DNA of 64,000 nucleotides from Chrysomallon squamiferum. Its lineage: Eukaryota > Animalia > Mollusca. Made by a program: the position numbers and the translations under genes. The stretch is from the NCBI GenBank assembly GCA_012295275.1, contig CM022671.1:11098001-11162000 (forward strand). Reading direction: 5' to 3'. Shown in pieces: positions 57,763-64,000 of the stretch (position 1 is its first letter; each line of letters opens with the position of its first letter). The notes beneath the pieces are model-generated. The model made no database searches. It was not told where the DNA came from and saw nothing but the letters and a program-made list of their open reading frames with translations.

Positions 57763-60115
57763 TATCATTGTATATATGTGTGTGTTTATATATATAAATA
57801 ATATATACGGTGACTTCGGTAATCTCGGACTGGTAACCGTATGTAATTGTAGAGTAAACTACCTGCATAATAACCACTATATACACCGTCTTTATTAAAT
57901 AAACTATTAAAATTTAAATGTGTAAGTGTGCGTGCGTGTGTATATATGTTTTTCACCAACATACTGATACTCATTCACGCCAAATAACACAGTTTATTCT
58001 CTATATTACGTCTTTATTAAATCCAACAGTTACATTATATTTTACAGTCTTGATGCATACTGCTTGGCAAATACCGTTATTACTATTAACTCAGTAATAA
58101 TCATTAAAACCAAACTTAATTAATGAGAACCGAGACAGATCTGTTTATGTCAGAACAGTTCTAAATCGCTCAACTTTACAAAGCAGTTTTACACACAGGC
58201 ACCAGTGCTGCCATCTAGGGAGTAGGAAATCATTCCGAATCAAGATCTCCAACAATTTAAAAGGGGGCCAATATTACCAGTTGAAAGTTACTACAGACAA
58301 TCCAAAATTACAGTAATCTCAGACTGGTAACCTTACGTAATTGTAGAGTAAGCTACCTGCATAATAACCACTATATTACGTCTTTATTTCAAGAGCTCCA
58401 ACAATTTAAAAGTGGGCCGAGACTACTAGTCCGAAGTTACCTCTGACCTCTGTGTGTGTGTGATAATGTGGATAAAATGTTTAAAGGTCTTTAAATGGAA
58501 GATAAACTAAAACTTTAAATTCAATTTCATATTCATGAAAATCATGGAATGAGGTTACTGGTTAGTTACTACAAAAAATCATGATTTGTTTTATTAACAT
58601 AATTTGGCATAACTGTTGTGTATGTCTTGTCTAGGTAAGACAAATAAAACAGACATTACATTTTTTGATTGATAATGTGTTACTCAGTACAGTGATAGAA
58701 ACTGAATTCTAATTTAATTGTTTCTCCAGTTAATAAAGTTACCAACATCAAATTTTCACTTTATAAGACATCAAAGATTAAATGAGATAATTAATGATTT
58801 TGATTTTCAGGATGAAACGTCTTCTGATCCGTTTTCTACTGCAACAAGCCCTTCACGGTCCAGCCACCACAGACGAAGTAGTCGTGGAGATCCTATCACT
58901 TCCAGCCCTGGAAGAGACCTGCCTCCATTTGAAGATGAGTCTGAACTTCTAGGTGATGACCAGCAAGAGCCAGAAGAAGAAGATGGTGAAGAACTATTTG
59001 GTGATCAGTTGGAACAGTGAGTGCATACATGAGAAGCCCTGAGATAGGCTTTGTTACATTCATTTATAGGGTTTTTACTACATAATTTATTAACTAGTCA
59101 GTAACAGTTTTAAACAAAAACAGACAACAAAGAAGCTAATTATAATTAAAAATTAAATAATTATTATGAAATTTTTCTTAATTTTTAATTAATTTCTTTT
59201 TATATATAATTTATATGGATCAGACACTTGCAAAAAAAAAATTACTGATTATTGATTTGTAACAATTTCTACACTGCTACTGTTCGTTGTTTAGAATGAT
59301 TACAAGATTGATTTCTCATTTCTCAGGATTTAATAATTTTGAATAACACTGAGATGATTATGTAAGGTAAATTGAAAAAGCCTGCTTCTCATGACAAAAA
59401 AAATGTGATTACATGTTATTTTAAATTGTAGGGATTATCGACCGATTCCAGCCTTGGATACATTTGAAGGTGAAGGTTTGGACGAGGGAGACTACTCTGA
59501 TCTTTCTGAGACACAGAGACAGGCTGCTGAACGAGAAATAAGACAGAGAGAAAGGGAAGAAGGAATAATTTCTGGACGTATGCGCAGAGGTCTAATATAT
59601 GGTAAGTAACAAATATAAATATGTATATATAAACATTATTAATACTGTTGTTAAAACTGGGCTTACTTTATAAAATATTTGTTAAATTGTTAGAAATGGT
59701 TTGTGTGTGTGTAAAAAGAAGTAAGATTTTATCTTGCATTACGTTGACTTAAGAAAGGAAGAAAAAGGAAATTGACTGATTAAAGTTTATTCCTGTGTGA
59801 CTGGGAAAAAACATTACAAAAAAGATTACATTTAATATTTACTGTGCTTCTAAAAATATTTCATAATTTGTTTTTTTTTATAAATCTAATTTCAGATGAT
59901 TCTGATGATGATGAAGAGAGGCCGGCCAGAAAGAGGAGAGCGGCAGAGCGTGCGGCAGAGGGAGACATGGAAGATGAAGAAGTGAGTTTTGTTTTGTGTA
60001 AATCTTTGCATTCTTAATTTAGGCATTGGTCTTATTCTTGTAGATATAACTTTGAGAGTGTATAAGTTTAAAAAAGTCTGTTTAACTATGTTCACATTAT
60101 TTTACACTCCATTTC

Positions 60116-60148
<33 letters not shown>

Positions 60149-63100
60149 TGTTGTTGCTATTGTTTTTTTTTTTTGTGTTATATTAAAGCATTTAGTGTTT
60201 ATTTTTTTTTTTTATATACATATAAAGATATGCTGTTTCATTTATGGCCATTTATCCGTCAAGTACTTCTATTATTCACAAAAAGACTTGGAGTAGTGTT
60301 GTTCATATCACTGTTGTTAACCATGGCAACATTTTCTCACTTATTTTATTCTACCAACATTATTTTTTTCAAAATCTTTTTTTAATCTTATTGAAATGCT
60401 GAATGTGTGTTCATAAAATTGCATTGATGTAAAATATTTTCTTTAAAATAATGTTACAGAACCAGACTTTATTGTTAGGGGGGGATAAATCTTACCTCTC
60501 TAACTCCATTTTCCATTGGTGAATATTATACACAGAATTAATTTTTACTTGGTTGCCAGACTAATACATAAATAATTTTTATTGTTATTATTATTTTGAT
60601 ATATATTATATTTTAGATGATTGAAAGCATTGAAAACTTGGAAGATATGAAGGGTCATTCAGTTCGAGAATGGGTTTCCATGTTGGGACCAAAAACAGAA
60701 ATAAAGAATCGGTTCAAGAACTTCTTGAGAACTTATGTTGACCAGAAGGGACATAATGTATACAGAGAAAAAATCAGACAAATGGTTGAAGGTAATACAA
60801 TTTAAAAAAAACAGCTAAATAATGAGCTGTACTGTCAGTAATAAAAAAGATTGACAGTACTTTATCATTCCTTCCAAATGATTGTTTTGTTTACTAGTTC
60901 AAATAATAAAGAATGACTGTAAGATAATAAGTTAACAACAGTATATGTAAACATGTTTTATGATGTATATAAAATAAAATTTCTGATGTTGCAGACCTTT
61001 GCAACAAGATGCTCTATCAGTGATTTCTTTTAGTTTCTACATATTTTTCCTTGCAGCAAACAAGGAGAGTTTAGTGATAGACTACAATATGCTGGCATCA
61101 GTGGAACAAGTCCTCGCATACTTTCTACCTGAGGCTCCAGCCGAAATGTTGCAGAATTTTGATGAAGTGAGTATTACATAATACTGCATTTTAATCTAAA
61201 TAATAACACAAAACTTGTACATAGACACAGTTACTGTATTTTAATCTCTGTCTTGCAGCATATCTGTATCATTGTGTAATATCTATATAAATTCTATTTC
61301 ATATAATATTTATATTTGTAAGAAAAAGCAATCATAAAGAGATTTTAATAGATAATGCATAAACATCAAAAGACCTTTGTATGAATTAGATAAACTTATG
61401 ATCTTAGTTTATCTATAGTCCTTTTACAAACCTGTTTTTAAATGGATGATTCTGAAACTTTTCACTTAATTTATCTTTTTTCACAGAATATGCTTCATAT
61501 TCAAAATATGTAAATAATTAGTTTTTCACTTTGAAAAAATGTATTGATGTTTTTTAGGGTGCAAAAGAAGTAGTTTTGAGCATGTACCCCAACTACGAGA
61601 GAATTGCCAAGGAAATTCATGTAAGAATTGCTGAACTTCCCTTGATTGAAGATCTGAGATCACTAAGGTACACATTTGTTTTATAATTTTTGTTTTAAAG
61701 ATTTTGTTTATTATAAACAGTGTGTGGACTTTATTTCTTAAAATTCCCATTTACTAGTAATATTTGATTTAAAAATCAGACAACAAATGCCTATGGTATT
61801 GAACCTACAGCATTTGTTAGGACTTAATTAATATTAGTAGATAAATCTGAAAAAGAAATCATAAAATCTATCCTTTTTATTTTTATTTTTTTTATTTAGA
61901 CATCTTATTTATTGAAAAGGTACATTGCATAAGGTTAATATTCATAATCTTTTTATTAATTTTTTAATTATTATTATTATTAAGATTCCAATTAAAATGG
62001 TGAAGAAATAAAATGTATGTGGACATTTCAGACAGCTACATTTGAATCAGCTAATAAGAACTAGTGGTGTGGTGACCAGCACTACAGGGGTGATGCCTCA
62101 GCTGAGTATCATCAAGTACGACTGCAACAAATGTAATTTCATCCTTGGTCCATTTTACCAGTCACAGAACCAGGAAGTCAAACCAGGAACATGTCCGGAA
62201 TGTCAGTCAACTGGACCATTTGAAATAAATATGGAACAGGCAAGTTATTAATATTCATATATGTGTGTGTATAATATATATATTTTTTTTTTTTTTTTTA
62301 TATATATATATATATATTTAATTTAAGGTCAGTTAAGCAGTAGTTTTTATACAAATTCAAGGTAATGTAATTGACTAGCATCTTTACTTTTAATTTTAAA
62401 ATCGCTTTTCTGATAGCAAAATCCTAATATATAAAAAAACTATCAGCATATTTCCATGCAAGAAAGCCCTGGGAAAGGCAAAATCATAATTTATTTTGTT
62501 GCTGTTGTGATTGCAGACTATATATAAAAACTATCAGCATATTTCCATGCAAGAAAGCCCTGGGAAAGGCAAAATCATAATTTATTTTGTTGTTGTTGTG
62601 ATTGCAGACTATATATAAAAACTATCAGCGTATTTCCATGCAAGAAAGTCCTGGGAAAGTTCCTGCTGGCAGGTTACCCAGGTCAAAAGATGCCATTCTT
62701 CTTGATGACCTTGTTGACACATGCAAACCAGGAGATGAAATAGTGAGTTGTTATTGTTACCTGTTTTTCTTTGTGACTATTTAATATGTAATACTATTAG
62801 ATATCTATTTCAACTGTAGAAAATTTCATAAAAAGTTCAGTTCATATAGGACTTGTTTCTCAACTTGACATCATTTATTGAGCCAAAATGCTCACATTAG
62901 GCTGCTGAAATAAGACATATTTAAAAAAAACACCTAGATCTGTGGACTGATGAATGAACACAGCGACATCCTTTATACTATATCAAGCAATTGTTCAGTG
63001 TGTACATTTTATTTTTTATATATTTTGAGATTTACCATCTGTTATTTATATATTAGTGAATGTCATAATTATACTTTAAAATATATTTATTTAATTTTTT

Positions 63101-64000
63101 ATTTATTAATTGGTTTTTTTAAGGAACTCACTGGTATCTATCACAACAATTATGATGGGTCTCTGAACACTGCAAATGGCTTTCCTGTGTTCGCCACAGT
63201 GATACAGGCAAACCACATTACCAAGAAAGACGACAAAATGGCAGCTGCCTGTCTCACAGATGAAGACATTAAAGCCATAGTAGCACTTTCCAAAGATGAA
63301 AGAATTGGAGAAAGGGTAAATAGTAAAACAGTGTAATAATTAACATTATTATTTAAAAAAATAAAAATGGTGTTTCAAAACATAAAATTTAAATTTTCTT
63401 ACGTAAACTCGTAATTTAATTCTTTTTTTCTTAAAGCATAATTGTGAAATATGCAGCATATAAGATATCTTCTATTAGAAAATAATGACTTTTGAAACAG
63501 TTTAATTTATTTTTCTTTTCTTTATTGTAACACCTTTTAATCACCATTTTTTCATTACTTTATCTAAATCTACATCAGTGTTTCCCTATCTTTTTGAGTC
63601 TGTGCCTCCCCACTGCCACTCAGAGATTTTGATACAAATGGCAATCAAGTTCTGAGAAGAAAAAATGTGTAATTTATTTTTGGTAAAACAAATTGAATAG
63701 TATTTTATAATTTACTTACTTGGCATAGCAGGATCTCTTGGCCATTGAATTAAAAATATTCTATTGCTACCAAATGTATCCCTGCATGTAGATTAATTTA
63801 TTTAATTGTCACAAATATATTTCAGATCTTTGCCAGTGTTGCACCGTCAATTTTTGGCCACGAGGAAATCAAGCGAGCAATAGCCCTTGCGGTGTTTAGT
63901 GGTGAGCCCAAAAACCCAGGTGGAAAACACAAAGTGCGAGGTGACATAAACATTCTGTTGTGTGGAGATCCGGGGACAGCTAAATCTCAGTTTCTGAAAT
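57425..64000 (+). CDS. MCM2: DNA replication licensing factor MCM2, 5' part (exons 1-11, ~524 codons, truncated by the window end)
   Basis: Exons 57425-57430, 58811-59016, 59432-59601, 59896-59981, 60617-60791, 61057-61166, 61558-61667, 62032-62239, 62608-62742, 63124-63315, 63826->64000. MCM2-specific N-terminal extension ([47 protein letters not shown]), Zn finger CNKC...[20 protein letters not shown] and Walker [10 protein letters not shown]. Confidence 0.97.
57820..58450. repeat. Degenerate direct repeats in MCM2 intron 1
   Basis: ~75-bp taatctc.gactggtaacc.ta.gtaattgtagagtaa.ctacctgcataataaccactatat at 57820 and 58315; ctccaacaatttaaaag.gggcc at 58247 and 58396. Confidence 0.8.
58811..59016 (+). 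CDS. MCM2: MCM2 exon 2
   Basis: ttcag|[16 protein letters not shown]...[14 protein letters not shown](Q)|gtgagt. Confidence 0.95.
59432..59601 (+). CDS. MCM2: MCM2 exon 3 (histone-binding domain)
   Basis: tgtag|[56 protein letters not shown]|gtaagt. Confidence 0.95.
59896..59981 (+). CDS. MCM2: MCM2 exon 4
   Basis: ttcag|(D)[28 protein letters not shown]|gtgagt; includes NLS-like PARKRR. Confidence 0.95.
60617..60791 (+). CDS. MCM2: MCM2 exon 5
   Basis: tttag|[42 protein letters not shown]...KIRQMVE|gtaata. Confidence 0.96.
61057..61166 (+). CDS. MCM2: MCM2 exon 6
   Basis: tgcag|(A)[36 protein letters not shown]|gtgagt. Confidence 0.96.
61558..61667 (+). CDS. MCM2: MCM2 exon 7
   Basis: tttag|[36 protein letters not shown](R)|gtacac. 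Confidence 0.96.
62032..62239 (+). CDS. MCM2: MCM2 exon 8 (OB fold / Zn finger), followed by a GC-AG intron
   Basis: ttcag|[34 protein letters not shown]...[16 protein letters not shown]|GCAAGT. Confidence 0.95.
62416..62659 (+). repeat. 91-bp tandem duplication spanning the MCM2 intron 8 acceptor and exon 9 start (one deleted copy, one full copy, then the functional copy)
   Basis: gcaaaatcataatttattttgttg.tgttgtgattgcagactatatataaaaactatcagc.tatttccatgcaagaaag.cctgggaaag at 62478 and 62569; internally deleted copy at 62416-62477. Confidence 0.95.
62608..62742 (+). CDS. MCM2: MCM2 exon 9
   Basis: tgcag|[45 protein letters not shown]|gtgagt. Confidence 0.95.
63124..63315 (+). CDS. MCM2: MCM2 exon 10
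   Basis: ttaag|[32 protein letters not shown]...[10 protein letters not shown]|gtaaat. Confidence 0.96.
63826..64000 (+). CDS. MCM2: MCM2 exon 11 (start of AAA+ domain, partial)
   Basis: ttcag|[58 protein letters not shown]. Confidence 0.96.
   Translation, partial: MFASVAPSIFGHEEIKRAIALAVFSGEPKNPGGKHKVRGDINILLCGDPGTAKSQFLK

Overview
AT-rich animal genomic DNA, probably from a mollusc (gastropod-like; inferred from a SINE-like fragment, composition and gene structure). It is not prokaryotic. The window has two compartments. (1) About 1-37 kb has no recognisable protein-coding exon. It is packed with microsatellites and four minisatellite arrays (63 bp, 50/57/60 bp, 26 bp, ~56 bp units), retains CpGs, and is rich in CACGTG E-boxes and bZIP sites, so it looks like an extended regulatory or intronic domain of a gene not visible here. 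(2) About 37.2-64 kb holds two + strand spliced genes: a complete 16-exon WNK kinase (ATG 37949 to TGA 53244, 6441 nt CDS, 2146 aa by my exon chain) and the first 11 exons of MCM2 (ATG 57425, truncated at the window end), with an E2F site just upstream. The best leads are splicing oddities. One MCM2 intron has a GC donor and a tandemly duplicated acceptor plus exon start. The WNK intron that splits the activation loop contains a candidate poison exon, a candidate in-frame 21-nt microexon and a competing acceptor. The largest WNK exon has an in-frame alternative donor toggling 132 aa. MCM2 also has Phe at a normally Tyr histone-binding position. I found no clearly new biological system; all leads are hypotheses read by eye from the sequence.
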